64,000 nucleotides of DNA from an uncultured cyanobacterium. GTDB lineage: Bacteria; Cyanobacteriota; Cyanobacteriia; CAKZMO01. Within the stretch, counting starts at the first letter, position 1. Each line of letters starts with the position of its first letter. Under the pieces are notes generated by a model, which worked only from the letters and a program-made list of their open reading frames with translations, was not told where the DNA came from and made no database searches. A program made the position numbers and the translations under genes. The stretch lies in the NCBI GenBank assembly GCA_963719515.1, contig CAVRCJ010000003.1, positions 576,001-640,000 on the forward strand, given 5' to 3'. Shown here piece after piece: positions 41,840 through 52,508 of this stretch.

Positions 41840-44395
41840 ATGACTAACTTTGTGACCCGGTTTAGAGCCATATCCGGCTGGCTAGCGCACCGGTCATCGT
41901 CTCAAGATTCAGCCGTCGTGGGGGAGCCCGGATCTCCTGGGAACGCGCCCCAAGCTGCCCGCGTCAAGCCGGTCTCAGTTGAAGGCGCAACCGTAGACGG
42001 CGCGACCGTAGACGGCGCGACCGTAGACGGCACAAAAGGCAGCTCCCCTGAGCCTACTCCCCCGGCTGAGCCTGTCCGAGTCAACTGGTTGGCCTGGGCG
42101 ATAGCGGGTGCTGGCGCCCTGGCGGCTGGCACTCTGTTTGCGGGCGCATACACCATCGAGACCATCCGCGATGGTCTTCCGGAAACCGATGAGGTGCTGA
42201 CGTTCGTCCGTGATGGCACGCTGACGATCAAGGCGAACGACGGCAACATTCTCCAGCAGACCGGCCCCGCCACCCGGGACAAGCTCTCTTTCGAAGAAAT
42301 TCCGCCTCAGCTGGTACAGGCTTTTGTGGCGGCAGAGGACAAGAAATTTTACGAACATTCTGGCGTCGACTATAAGGCGATCGCCCGCGCCACTTACGCC
42401 AACCTGCAGGCGGGTGGGGTGATTGAGGGCGCGAGCACCATCACCCAGCAGCTGGCCCGCGTCGTGTTTCTTGACCAGTCGCGTACCGCCGAGCGCAAGG
42501 TCCGCGAAGCGCTGCTGGCTCAAGAGATCGAAGATAATCTCAGCAAGCAGCAAATTTTAGAGAGTTACCTCAACCTGGTTTACCTCGGCGGCGGGGCCTA
42601 CGGCGTTGCCGACGCCGCTTGGATCTACTTTTCGAAGCCCACTGAGGAGCTGACGCTGTCTGAAATGGCAACAATCGCAGGGCTGGCCCCGGCCCCGAGC
42701 GTCTATTCACCCCTGGTGGATTTGGACGCGGCTCAAAAGCGGCGGGACCTAACCCTACAGCGCATGGTGGACGTCGAATTCATTACTGCCGGTGAAATGG
42801 AGCAGGTTGCTGCAACGCCGCTGGAGATCGCGCCGAGCCAGCCCAAAAACCTCTACAGCCCCAGCCCTTACTTCACGACGTTTGTAAAGCAAGAGCTGCC
42901 CAACCACGTCTCCTCAGAAGATCTGGCCGCGGGCGGCCTTACGGTGGAAACTACTCTGAACGTCGCCTGGCAAAAGAAGGCAGAAGAGACCGTCGCTTCA
43001 GCTATTGAGCGCTACGGCGGCAGAGAGAACTTCAAGCAGGCGGCACTGGTGGTCATTGAGCCTGACACCGGCGAAATTCGCGCCATGGTGGGGGGCAACG
43101 ACTTTGAAGAAGGCAAGTTCAACCGGGTGACTCAGGCCCAGCGACAGCCCGGCTCCACCTTCAAGGCTATCGTCTACGCGGCGGCGATCGCCGCCGGATT
43201 TTCCCCCTACAAGGCCTACGAAGATGAAAAGGTCGATATTGACGGCTACAAGCCTGAGAACTACGGCAAGACCTACCGAGGCAGCGTCTCTATTCGGGAT
43301 GCCCTCACCTCTTCCATCAATATCGTCGCCATCAAAACCCTAATCGATGTCGGGTTTGACCCCGTCGTCAACCTGGCTCATAAAATGGGCATCAGCTCCG
43401 ATCTGGTTCCTGCCTATTCCCTCGCCTTAGGCACCTCAGAGGTGAACCTGTTAGAGATGACCGCAAGCTACGGTACCCTCGCCGCCGAAGGTCTCTATAT
43501 TCCGCCCCACAGCATTACTCGGGTCCTGAACCGCAATAATGAGGTAATCTACGACGCGAGCTTTGAACCCCAGCGGGCTTTAGACCAAGAGAGCGCCAAC
43601 ATCACCACCTGGATGCTCCGCAACGTGGTCAACAGCGGCACCGGCAGCCGGGCGCGGCTTGACCGACCGGTGGCGGGTAAGACAGGCACTACGGAAGCCC
43701 GCCGAGATCTGTGGTTTGTCGGCTATATTCCCCAGGTTGTCACCGGGGTGTGGCTGGGCAACGACGACGACACCCCCACCTGGGGCGCTAGCGCTACGGC
43801 GGCGCAGGTGTGGCGCAACTTTATGGACACTATTGAGGAAGAGATCCCGTTTGAGGATTTCCCAGAGCGCCCGAGCCTTAACGGCCGCGAAGCCACCATC
43901 GAAGCGCAGCCCGTCAAGCCTAAACGAATGCGATCGCTGGGGGGAGTAACCTCTCCTAGCGAAGGCCGCTCTTCTGGTTCATCCGGCTCGTCGCGCTCGT
44001 CCGGCTCATCGCGCTCTTCCGAGTCCCGCCGCTCGCGTTCCCGCCGCTCCGATCCTGAGCCCTCTCGCCAGTCGAGCGGCTCTTCTAGCCCGAGTCCAGA
44101 ACCGAGGCGCAGAGAGACCTCTGGGGGTACGCCCGCGCCGCGCCCAGACCTACAGCCTAGACAGGACGCCCCAACTAGACCCGCACTTACACCTCGAACA
44201 GATTTAGAGCCTCGGTCAGCACCGCCCCCTAGCGCTGCGCCTGCTCCCCCCCCCGCCCCTGCGCCCGCTCCTGCTCCTGCGCCTGCTCCCCCTCCCGCCC
44301 CTGCACCCGCACCACCGCCCGTGCCTCAGGCCGCACCGATTACCCCGAGCGCCACGCCGACACCGCTGCCTGCAAACCCTGCTCCATCAGAGTAG
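41840..44395 (+). CDS. Class A penicillin-binding protein
   Basis: EDKKFYEHSG, GASTITQQL, SxxK (STFK), SxN and KTG; Ser/Pro-rich tail. Confidence 0.95.
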   Translation: MTNFVTRFRAISGWLAHRSSSQDSAVVGEPGSPGNAPQAARVKPVSVEGATVDGATVDGATVDGTKGSSPEPTPPAEPVRVNWLAWAIAGAGALAAGTLFAGAYTIETIRDGLPETDEVLTFVRDGTLTIKANDGNILQQTGPATRDKLSFEEIPPQLVQAFVAAEDKKFYEHSGVDYKAIARATYANLQAGGVIEGASTITQQLARVVFLDQSRTAERKVREALLAQEIEDNLSKQQILESYLNLVYLGGGAYGVADAAWIYFSKPTEELTLSEMATIAGLAPAPSVYSPLVDLDAAQKRRDLTLQRMVDVEFITAGEMEQVAATPLEIAPSQPKNLYSPSPYFTTFVKQELPNHVSSEDLAAGGLTVETTLNVAWQKKAEETVASAIERYGGRENFKQAALVVIEPDTGEIRAMVGGNDFEEGKFNRVTQAQRQPGSTFKAIVYAAAIAAGFSPYKAYEDEKVDIDGYKPENYGKTYRGSVSIRDALTSSINIVAIKTLIDVGFDPVVNLAHKMGISSDLVPAYSLALGTSEVNLLEMTASYGTLAAEGLYIPPHSITRVLNRNNEVIYDASFEPQRALDQESANITTWMLRNVVNSGTGSRARLDRPVAGKTGTTEARRDLWFVGYIPQVVTGVWLGNDDDTPTWGASATAAQVWRNFMDTIEEEIPFEDFPERPSLNGREATIEAQPVKPKRMRSLGGVTSPSEGRSSGSSGSSRSSGSSRSSESRRSRSRRSDPEPSRQSSGSSSPSPEPRRRETSGGTPAPRPDLQPRQDAPTRPALTPRTDLEPRSAPPPSAAPAPPPAPAPAPAPAPAPPPAPAPAPPPVPQAAPITPSATPTPLPANPAPSE
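41984..42030. repeat. 15-bp tandem repeat x3 (GATVD)
   Basis: GGCGC(A/G)ACCGTAGAC three times, in frame. Confidence 0.85.
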
Positions 44396-44431
44396 GCACA
44401 CCGTAGGTACATGGCGTAGGCATAAGGCAGC

Positions 44432-45301
44432 TTAGACCGTTTCTAGCCAGTCTAAGCAAGTTTGCATGGCTCTAGCCATGGCCTCCCCCCTGCTGTGGTA
44501 GCGCCGTCCATGCCCCGGCAGCACCCATTCAAATGAATAGTCAGCTAGCCGATGCATAGATTCCTTGAGCTGCGGCCAGGAATACCAGCAGTGTCGGCGA
44601 AAGGCATAGAGCTGCTGCAGCGAGTTAGACCAGGCTAGGTGGTCTCCGGTGAACAAGACCTTGTCATAGAGCAGCACTGTATGACCTTTGGTATGCCCTG
44701 GGACAGGAATAATTGTTAGATCGGGTGCAAGCTGAATGGGATCACTGCCGGTGAGCGGCCGCTCTATCCCCCGGGTATCGTCCGTAATGTCGCCTTCGTG
44801 GAGAAGGCGATCGCATCCAAAGCGGTCGCGAAATTTTTGGTGGTCAGCGACGTCGTCTCGGTGGGTGAGATAGAGGTAGCGTATGCCGCCCATGGCTTCT
44901 AGCTGCTTGGCCAAGGGCGGCGTAAAGCGAGGTGAATCAACTAAGACGTTGCCTTCAGGCCGCTGAATGAAGTAGCTAGCTGCGCCAAAAGACTTTTCTG
45001 AGTGATAGCCGCAGTGGTAAACATTACCTTCGATAGGCAGCGGGAACTGCTGCTGCACGGCCTTGATGTCGGACGGTGGGGTGACGGTACCGATAGAGGC
45101 GGTGGGACAGGCAAGCAAAGCCTGTAGAGCGTGCTGCCGCTCAGCTTCGGCCTGAGGCTGGTGGTAAACGGCGGAGCGATCTCCTTGGCGATTGAAGGTC
45201 TCTGGGGCCATCCAGCGACAGGTATCGCAGTCAATGCAGGTGCGATCGACGTAGAGGTCGCCGCCGATGTTTTCGGGTCGGCGCTGGGTAAGCTGTGCCA
45301 T
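44432..45301 (-). CDS. Ferredoxin-fused MBL-fold metallo-hydrolase
   Basis: CIDCDTC...CP N-terminus; THRDDVAD, PGHT, TGDH and PGHG. Confidence 0.88.
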   Translation of the reverse strand: MAQLTQRRPENIGGDLYVDRTCIDCDTCRWMAPETFNRQGDRSAVYHQPQAEAERQHALQALLACPTASIGTVTPPSDIKAVQQQFPLPIEGNVYHCGYHSEKSFGAASYFIQRPEGNVLVDSPRFTPPLAKQLEAMGGIRYLYLTHRDDVADHQKFRDRFGCDRLLHEGDITDDTRGIERPLTGSDPIQLAPDLTIIPVPGHTKGHTVLLYDKVLFTGDHLAWSNSLQQLYAFRRHCWYSWPQLKESMHRLADYSFEWVLPGHGRRYHSRGEAMARAMQTCLDWLETV

Positions 45302-45384
45302 AGAAATCCATTCTCATAACGACTATGGATTTCTATATTAGCTTGCCTCCCAAAGGGTCTTAGCTATGACATTTTGACAGCGCG

Positions 45385-45990
45385 TCAGGACTCATCATTC
45401 ATCACCGTGATGCCTGAGAGAGGCCGGTAAGTGTAGCTCTGCTGCCGGGGCGTCTTCTGAATATCTTCCGTGATAGAGTCCAAATCGATATAGCGATCGG
45501 CAACATTGATCAAGCTGTCGCTCGTCATTGAGCGCAGGCTGACCACCTCAACACGAGCGCCGCGATAGCTGACGGCGTCTACCGCATAGGCCAAATCACC
45601 GTCTCCGCTCACCAAAATAGCGGTGTCGTAAGATCCGACTAAAGCCATCATATCCACCGCAATCTCAACGTCTAGATTGGCTTTTTTAGATCCATCAGGA
45701 AGCTGAACCAAGTCCTTTGCTACGACACGGTAGCCGTTGCGGCGCATCCACAGCAAGAAGCCCTGCTGCTTTTCGTTAGTGCGATCGACGCCGGTGTAGA
45801 AAAACGAGCGAAGGAGGCGGGACCCCCCTGTCAGTCGACACAGCAGCTTCGTGTAATCTATTTCAATGCCGAGCTGCAGGGCGGCATAAAACAGGTTCGA
45901 ACCATCAATGAAGATAGCAATCCGGCCTCGATTTTCAAGCACCTGCTCGGGCGTAAAAACAGTGTCACTATCAAAGCTACTATTCATCAT
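45385..45990 (-). CDS. NYN/LabA-like domain protein
   Basis: FIDGSN, DVEIAVD and SGDGDL. Confidence 0.88.
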   Translation of the reverse strand: MMNSSFDSDTVFTPEQVLENRGRIAIFIDGSNLFYAALQLGIEIDYTKLLCRLTGGSRLLRSFFYTGVDRTNEKQQGFLLWMRRNGYRVVAKDLVQLPDGSKKANLDVEIAVDMMALVGSYDTAILVSGDGDLAYAVDAVSYRGARVEVVSLRSMTSDSLINVADRYIDLDSITEDIQKTPRQQSYTYRPLSGITVMNDES

Positions 45991-46136
45991 GACGTCAAAA
46001 CCTCTTAAAAAATGATCTCGTAAAGAGTAATAAAAGCAGTAGGGTCGGTTACTAAAAAGGCGAAAAGTAACTCTGGCGCGCGGCCTGAGAGTTCTTTGTC
46101 TATCGTGATACTAGCAGACTGAACGAAGTACCGATA

Positions 46137-47747
46137 CTACAAGGCCTTTTCAGCCACATCAGCCGAAGGATCGAGACGCTGAAAAATTGGGCTCGCCTCT
46201 CCCAACGGCTGCTGGGCCGGAAGCCTCCCCCAGCTTCCGTGATGTTCAAGAAGTGCGGCATGACGCGGCACATCGTCAAAATCTACGGCGAATCCAAGCT
46301 GCTGATAGATTTTATTGCTCAAGCTAGGAATCACAGGCGCTAGCAGGTATGCGGCCAGTCGAACCGTTTCTAGAACAGCGTATAAAACCTCCTCAACTTG
46401 GGCCTGCTGGCCCTGTTTGTACAAAGACCAAGGAGCCCGGTCGTCGATGTACTTATTGCTCGCCCGAATGAGCGACAGCACAGCTTCACAGCCCTCGCTA
46501 AATGCCAGAGCCTCGAAAGCCTGCTCTACTTTGGATGGAAGCGCCGTTCCGCCGCTTTTAAGGGTGTCATCGTCGCTAATTTTTGCGATCGCCACGTTGG
46601 GGACGCGGCGATCGCAGTATTTGTAGGCCATTTTTAAAGTTCGGTTGAGCAAATTACCCAAATCATTGGCCAGGTCAGCGTTGAGAATGTTGATAAAGCG
46701 CTCTTCACTAAAATCTCCATCTCGCCCTAGCTCAATTTCTTTCATAAAGTAATACCGCACCGCGTCTGAGCCGTATTGATCCGTTAGCCTTACGGGATCC
46801 AAAACATTCCCCAAACTTTTGCCCATCTTCTGCCCATCTTTAGTCAAGAAGCCATGACCAAATACTCGATCCGGCAAGGGCAAACCCGCCGACATCAGCA
46901 TGGCGGGCCAGTACACAGCATGAAAGCGCAGGATATCTTTTCCAATTAGGTGGAGATTAATGGGCCACCACCGCTTGAGCGCGTTGTCTAAGGTCGGGTC
47001 GTCGTCCGGCTCTAGCAGCGCGGTGACGTATCCCAGCAGGGCGTCAAACCACACGTAAAGCGTATGCTTATCGTCTCCCGGTACGGGAAATCCCCAGTCG
47101 AGGTTCACCCGCGAGATCGAAAAATCCTGCAGCCCGCGCTCTACAAAGCTCAAGACCTCGTTGCGGCGCATGCCGGGCTGGATAAAGTCTGGGCGTTCTC
47201 GGTAGAGCGCCTCTAGCTTTTGCTGATAGCGGGACAGACGAAAAAAGTAATTTTGCTCATCCCGCCACTCCACTTTGAGGTTGGGGTGCAGGGGACAATG
47301 CTGATTTTCAAGCAGCTCTCGCTCTTCTTTAAATTCCTCGCAAGCAACGCAGTAGTGGCCCTGCTGCTGCCCGAGATAGATGTCGTCATTCTTCTGTACG
47401 CGCTCAAAAAACTCGCGCACGATCGCCTCATGCTTGGGGGCAGTGGTGCGGCTAAAGCGATCCTGCTGAATATTGAGCTGCTCCCACAGAGCAACAAAGC
47501 TCTTAACCACTAGATCGCAGTGCTCCTGGGGCGATCGCCCTGCCTGCATCGCCGTCCGCTCGATCTTTTGCCCATGCTCATCTGTCCCCGTAATCATCAG
47601 TACAGGGCGTCCCATTAGCCGATGGAAGCGGGCGACTACATCCGCGGCAATGGTGGTATACGCGCTGCCCATGTGGGGCACATCGTTGACGTAGTAAAGC
47701 GGAGTGGTGACCGCAAAGGGGCGGCGCTCAGAAGAGTCAAAGGTCAT
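46137..47747 (-). CDS. metG: Methionine--tRNA ligase
   Basis: TTPLYY..HMGS, GTDEHG, YVWFDAL, GKDI.RFH and KMGKS. Confidence 0.97.
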   Translation of the reverse strand: MTFDSSERRPFAVTTPLYYVNDVPHMGSAYTTIAADVVARFHRLMGRPVLMITGTDEHGQKIERTAMQAGRSPQEHCDLVVKSFVALWEQLNIQQDRFSRTTAPKHEAIVREFFERVQKNDDIYLGQQQGHYCVACEEFKEERELLENQHCPLHPNLKVEWRDEQNYFFRLSRYQQKLEALYRERPDFIQPGMRRNEVLSFVERGLQDFSISRVNLDWGFPVPGDDKHTLYVWFDALLGYVTALLEPDDDPTLDNALKRWWPINLHLIGKDILRFHAVYWPAMLMSAGLPLPDRVFGHGFLTKDGQKMGKSLGNVLDPVRLTDQYGSDAVRYYFMKEIELGRDGDFSEERFINILNADLANDLGNLLNRTLKMAYKYCDRRVPNVAIAKISDDDTLKSGGTALPSKVEQAFEALAFSEGCEAVLSLIRASNKYIDDRAPWSLYKQGQQAQVEEVLYAVLETVRLAAYLLAPVIPSLSNKIYQQLGFAVDFDDVPRHAALLEHHGSWGRLPAQQPLGEASPIFQRLDPSADVAEKAL

Positions 47748-48112
47748 AACATCTATTGCACTACCAAAAGCAGGACCAGCCGCAATTAACGCAGCCCTCA
47801 CTGAACTAGATCTATTCTATGGGGGGATCTCGGCGAAGAACCTTAAGTGATTACGTGGTTTGAGCCGCTAGCGCTGCTAGAGGGCAGGATTGACCCATCA
47901 CTTTCTAACCTAGGTCAAGCTGATTCTCACCAACGACGGGTTTGTAACGTTCTGTTAAAAGAGTACAACTATTACAGGGGCATGATAGGACAGCCCGAGG
48001 GCGCAGTGCCCGGCAGACTTAGCGCACCTAGTTTGAAGTGCATTCAATCCCGCTCCGCTAAGGGACTGCTGCTAAATACACAACTTTCGAGAGCTGAAGC
48101 GCTTAGTTAGCC

Positions 48113-48832
48113 ATGGTTGATCGTCGTCCACTCCAACTGTCTCATCAAATTCTCTCTGCGGCAGGAACCCGCCTCTACGTTCACCATCGCGATCGCGTCC
48201 CTCTAGATGACGCGGTCATCGTTGTCAGCAACCACCGTAGCTTCATGGACGCCTGCGTTCTGATGGCGGCGCTAGACCGACCGGTACGCTTCGCCTGTCA
48301 CCACTACATGGGCGAGGTGCCGGTGATGCGAGAGTTCGTAGACCGCTTAGGCTGCTTCCCGCTTAAGACCCCCGATCGCCGTCAGCACGCCTTCTTCCAG
48401 CAGTCCAGCGATCTGCTCAACACCGGCCAGGTGGTGGGGATTTTCCCCGAAGGCACCCAGCCTATGGTCAACCTAATGGCCCCCAGCAGTATTCGTAAGT
48501 TTCAGCGAGGCTTTGCCCACCTTGCCCTTAGAGCTCCCGTTCAAGAGCTGGCGGTTCTGCCGGTGGCGATCGCGGCGACTTCAGAGCTGAGTGGTCCGGC
48601 CTTTCCGCTGCGGGCGCTCCACTGGATTGACCCCTCCGAGCCCCTATTTGACCGCCCCGGCTGGCACCCTATTGTCGTCTATCAGCAGGTGACGGTGTTT
48701 ATTGGTCAGCCCATCTGGATTCGGGCTAGCGATCGCCAGCAGTATGACGGTAAGCAGGCGCGGCAGGCAGTGCAGGCTTTGACCGACCAATGTCACCAGG
48801 AAATTTCTGACCTGCAGCAGCAAGCCTTTTGA
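48113..48832 (+). CDS. PlsC-family lysophospholipid acyltransferase
   Basis: NHRSFMD (HxxxxD) and IFPEG. Confidence 0.88.
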   Translation: MVDRRPLQLSHQILSAAGTRLYVHHRDRVPLDDAVIVVSNHRSFMDACVLMAALDRPVRFACHHYMGEVPVMREFVDRLGCFPLKTPDRRQHAFFQQSSDLLNTGQVVGIFPEGTQPMVNLMAPSSIRKFQRGFAHLALRAPVQELAVLPVAIAATSELSGPAFPLRALHWIDPSEPLFDRPGWHPIVVYQQVTVFIGQPIWIRASDRQQYDGKQARQAVQALTDQCHQEISDLQQQAF

Positions 48833-48865
48833 GTGAACAAGCGCACATGAGTGAACAAGCGCACA
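48830..48865. repeat. 18-bp tandem duplication
   Basis: TGAGTGAACAAGCGCACA twice. Confidence 0.9.
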
Positions 48866-48936
48866 GAATCAAACTCATGACATTTTGTAGATTGTTCTCA
48901 AATCGCTTTTTAGAAGTCCCTCAGTAGAAATCAATC

Positions 48937-49776
48937 ATGACCACCGACCCAGCTCCAGACTCAATGTTTTTTCTCAATCCCCAGCGGAAACAGCCCTGTC
49001 AGGAGGACATGCCTCTATTTGTCTTCCTGCCCGGCATGGACGGCACTGGAGAACTGCTCTACCTGCAAACGGAAAGCTTACAGTGCAGCTTCGACATTCG
49101 CTGTCTGGTTATTCCGGCGACCGATAAGAGCAGCTGGGACCAGATGGCAGACAGCGTCGTCGACCTAATTGAGCGAGAGCTAGAGACCCAAACGCGACGG
49201 GTTTACCTCTGTGGTGAGTCCTTTGGGGGCTGCTTAGCGCAAAAGGTGGTGACGCGATCGCCTCATCTTATTGACCGGCTGGTCTTGATTAATCCGGCCT
49301 CCTCTTTTCAGCAGCGTTCCCTACTCACCTGGGGCTCACAATTCACCCAATACATCCCCGATGCCGTTTATCGCTCCTCCTGCGTTTGCCTGATGCCGCT
49401 CTTGGTGCAGATGAAGCAGCTCAGCGCTCACGATAAAAATGAGCTCCTGCGAGCTATGCGATCGGTTTCTCGCGATGGTGCAGCCTGGCGACTGTCTCTT
49501 CTGAAAGACTTTGATGTCACCGACGAGCGGCTGCAACAGCTGCAGCTGCCTGTCTTAGTGATTGCCGGAGGCCGCGACAGGCTGCTACCCTCCGTGGACG
49601 AAGCCGAACGCTTGGCCGAGGCCATCCCCAATGCTCAAATGTACGCCCTCCCCGAAAGCGGCCACGCCTGCTTGCTCGAAGCCAACGTCAACCTCAGCAA
49701 CATTCTAAAGTCAACCCAATTCGCCCCAGAACTGCGCCACGACGCCCCTACTCAGGTCGCCTCAACACCGTCTTAG
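48937..49776 (+). CDS. Alpha/beta hydrolase
   Basis: LPGMDGTG, GESFGG, D and GH catalytic motifs. Confidence 0.88.
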   Translation: MTTDPAPDSMFFLNPQRKQPCQEDMPLFVFLPGMDGTGELLYLQTESLQCSFDIRCLVIPATDKSSWDQMADSVVDLIERELETQTRRVYLCGESFGGCLAQKVVTRSPHLIDRLVLINPASSFQQRSLLTWGSQFTQYIPDAVYRSSCVCLMPLLVQMKQLSAHDKNELLRAMRSVSRDGAAWRLSLLKDFDVTDERLQQLQLPVLVIAGGRDRLLPSVDEAERLAEAIPNAQMYALPESGHACLLEANVNLSNILKSTQFAPELRHDAPTQVASTPS

Positions 49777-49941
49777 GGCAAAGGGGATCAAGGGGGCCGT
49801 CGCGCTAAAATCCCCCGCTCAGCGCTACTATCAGCACCACGCTAGAGCCGATATGGGACAGGTGAAATGGTAGGCTTCTAAGTAAGTCAAGTACTGTTAT
49901 CGGTGGATCTGGCTGTCCAAAATTTAGGAGAGAATCTTGAT

Positions 49942-50367
49942 ATGAAACGACTGGCAAATATACTTACGCTGGCTGCAATTCTTGTATTTACGAGCGTTGC
50001 TGGTGCCGTAGGACTCCCTGCGCAGGCTAGCCCTTCTCAACTGACCCTATTGACCCCAGCTCCCCTGTTGGCCGTAGAGCGACGCAATTCGGTTGATGAG
50101 AAGGCGCGTAAGGTGGGCTACAAGGTCGACCTGAACAACTCCAACATTCGAGCCTTCATTCCCCTCAGAGGCATGTATCCGACCTTGGGAGGCATGATCG
50201 TTCGCTATAGCCCGTTTGAATCAGTTGACGAAATCTTCGCAATGCCGGGGCTATCGGAACGGCAGAAAGAGGTTCTCGAGAGCCATCGGGATGAGTTTGT
50301 CGTGACGGCGCCTGAGGCTGCCTTTACGGAAGGGGCCGATCGCTTCAACAATGGCGTTTACAAATAA
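49942..50367 (+). CDS. psbU: Photosystem II extrinsic protein PsbU
   Basis: Signal peptide, KVDLNNSN, GMYPTL and DRFNNGVY. Confidence 0.93.
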   Translation: MKRLANILTLAAILVFTSVAGAVGLPAQASPSQLTLLTPAPLLAVERRNSVDEKARKVGYKVDLNNSNIRAFIPLRGMYPTLGGMIVRYSPFESVDEIFAMPGLSERQKEVLESHRDEFVVTAPEAAFTEGADRFNNGVYK

Positions 50368-50438
50368 GCTTCTAGCAGCCCAGAAAGGCGGTTCGGATTC
50401 AGACTACCGTGAAGGCACAGGCTGTCTACCCCACTAAG

Positions 50439-50491
50439 GGAACCCAAGCCGCTTATCAGGACTCCAGGCTATAGCTTGGGGTTCTGTTTTT
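50439..50491 (+). terminator. Putative terminator after psbU
   Basis: GGAACCCAAGC...GCTTGGGGTTCT followed by a T run; long loop. Confidence 0.45.
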
Positions 50492-50623
50492 AGAAGTCTT
50501 GCCATACTCCCCGTACGCTCCGCCGGACAGTCTTGCGGTTTGACCGCCCTGGTTAAGCTCTAGTTCGAACTGAGAGGATGACCCACTGCGCCCCTCTACC
50601 CCCTATGCCTATCCCTCACCACC

Positions 50624-52369
50624 TTGAGCCCAAGTCGCGTGTCTAATTTTGACGTCCTTGTTGTTGGGGCCGGTGCTGCTGGGCTATATGCCTCGCTATG
50701 CCTGCCCCCTCATCTCAGGGTAGGTCTCATCACAAAAGACACCGTATCCCAATCGGCCAGTGATTGGGCCCAAGGCGGCATCGCGGCGGCAGTGGCCCCA
50801 GATGATTCTCCCCTGCTCCACGTCAACGACACCCTTGAGGCCGGGGCTGGGCTGTGCGATCGCGCTGCCGTCGAGCTGATGGCTCAGCAGGCCCAGGACT
50901 GCATTCAGGCGCTGCTCAGCATGGGGGTCGCCTTCGATCGAACGGGTGAAGGGCTCGCGCTGACTCTGGAGGCGGCCCACTCCCGGCGACGAGTTTTGCA
51001 TGCTGCCGACACTACAGGCCGAGCGATCGTCGCCATTCTGGGCCAGCAGGTGCTGCAGCGCCCCAATATTCAGGTGATCAACCAGGCGTTTGTGCTGGAT
51101 CTGTGGATGGCGGATGAGGGACGACGCTCTGCTGAAGGGACGCAGACCTGCAGCGGCGTCATTTTGCTTTGTCAGGGCAAAGTTCGGTGGGTGGCGGCCC
51201 AGGCGGTGGTTTTGGCCACCGGGGGCGGGGGGCAGGTTTTCTCAAACACCACAAACCCCTCCCTCAGCACAGGGGACGGCGTGGCGATGGCCTGGCGTGC
51301 TGGAGCCGACCTCAGAGACCTAGAGTTTGTTCAGTTTCACCCCACCGCATTGGCCAAGGCCGGGGCACCGCGGTTTTTGATTAGCGAAGCGGTGCGGGGG
51401 GAAGGTGCCCATCTGGTCGATCGAGACGGCCATCGCTTTGCGTTTGAATACCACGAGGCGGGAGAGCTTGCGCCCCGCGACATCGTCAGCCGAGCCATCG
51501 TCAGCCATTTAGAACGGACGGGCGACTCCCAAGTGTGGCTCGACCTGCGCCCCATCTCCCGCGATCGCATCCAGCATCGATTTCCCAACATCATCAGCGT
51601 GTGTCAGCAGTGGGGCGTCGATCCCATGCGGGAGATGATTCCGGTGTCGCCCGCTGCCCATTACTGGATGGGCGGCGTACTCACCGACCTCAGCAGCTGC
51701 ACCACTCTCAGCAATGTCTATGCCGTGGGAGAAACCGCTAGCACGGGGGTTCACGGCGCCAACCGGCTAGCCAGCAACTCGCTGCTAGAGTGCCTGGTAT
51801 TTGGCGCTCAGCTCGCTAAGCTGAAGCTACCGCCCTCTAGCGGAGCGTTGAATGAGGCAAAAACATTGCCAAGCAGAGAAAATTTAGGGGAGCGCGCGAT
51901 CGCCGCTCTTTTGCCTCAGCCCAGTGCGGCGGGGGCCGACGCCTTGTCGGAGCCAGAGCGGCTAGCCGAGCTGACCCAGATTCACCGTGAGCTGCCGCAG
52001 CTGATGTGGACCAGCGCCGGCATCCTGCGTCACCAAGACGCGATCGCTGCGGCGGCGGTGCAGGTGGCGCAGTGGCGCGAGCGGGTGTCTCAGCTTTCCC
52101 CGCTCACGCGAGCCGCCCTCCTGCAAGGGAATCCAGCAGCGGGCAGCAGTCAGCTGTGGGGAGAAACCCGCAACCTATTGGACATTGCGGCTCTCATCCT
52201 TCAAGGGGCTCTATTTCGAGAAGAGAGTCGCGGCGGCCACTACCGCAGCGATTTTCCTAAAGTTGACGCGGCTTGGCAAGCCCATACGCTGATTCGCGGT
52301 GGCGACATCTGGCTAGAGCAGCCTAATTTAGAAGGGCTAGACGCGGCTTCAGTCGAAACGACTCAATAG
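50624..52369 (+). CDS. nadB: L-aspartate oxidase
   Basis: WAQGGIA, EAAHSRRRVLH, QFHPT, HGANRLASNSLLE and ESRGGH. Confidence 0.95.
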   Translation: MSPSRVSNFDVLVVGAGAAGLYASLCLPPHLRVGLITKDTVSQSASDWAQGGIAAAVAPDDSPLLHVNDTLEAGAGLCDRAAVELMAQQAQDCIQALLSMGVAFDRTGEGLALTLEAAHSRRRVLHAADTTGRAIVAILGQQVLQRPNIQVINQAFVLDLWMADEGRRSAEGTQTCSGVILLCQGKVRWVAAQAVVLATGGGGQVFSNTTNPSLSTGDGVAMAWRAGADLRDLEFVQFHPTALAKAGAPRFLISEAVRGEGAHLVDRDGHRFAFEYHEAGELAPRDIVSRAIVSHLERTGDSQVWLDLRPISRDRIQHRFPNIISVCQQWGVDPMREMIPVSPAAHYWMGGVLTDLSSCTTLSNVYAVGETASTGVHGANRLASNSLLECLVFGAQLAKLKLPPSSGALNEAKTLPSRENLGERAIAALLPQPSAAGADALSEPERLAELTQIHRELPQLMWTSAGILRHQDAIAAAAVQVAQWRERVSQLSPLTRAALLQGNPAAGSSQLWGETRNLLDIAALILQGALFREESRGGHYRSDFPKVDAAWQAHTLIRGGDIWLEQPNLEGLDAASVETTQ

Positions 52370-52508
52370 AGCTCCTTGTAACCGGCGGGGTCGGAGAAGT
52401 CGGTGCTGAGAACTGGGCCGCAGCGATCTAAGATACTGAAAACATCCCTCCTACAGTCCCCTCTAAAGGGGGAGACCTACAGCGGTTTCCCCGCTAACCC
52501 TTCGCGCC

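Noticed and set aside
47963..47975. NtcA-like site GTACAACTATTAC
   Set aside because: Spacer is 7 nt rather than 8, so it does not fit the consensus.
52443..52476. C-run/G-run element resembling cyanobacterial small dispersed repeats
   Set aside because: Single degenerate copy in the window; cannot be assigned without a genome-wide search.
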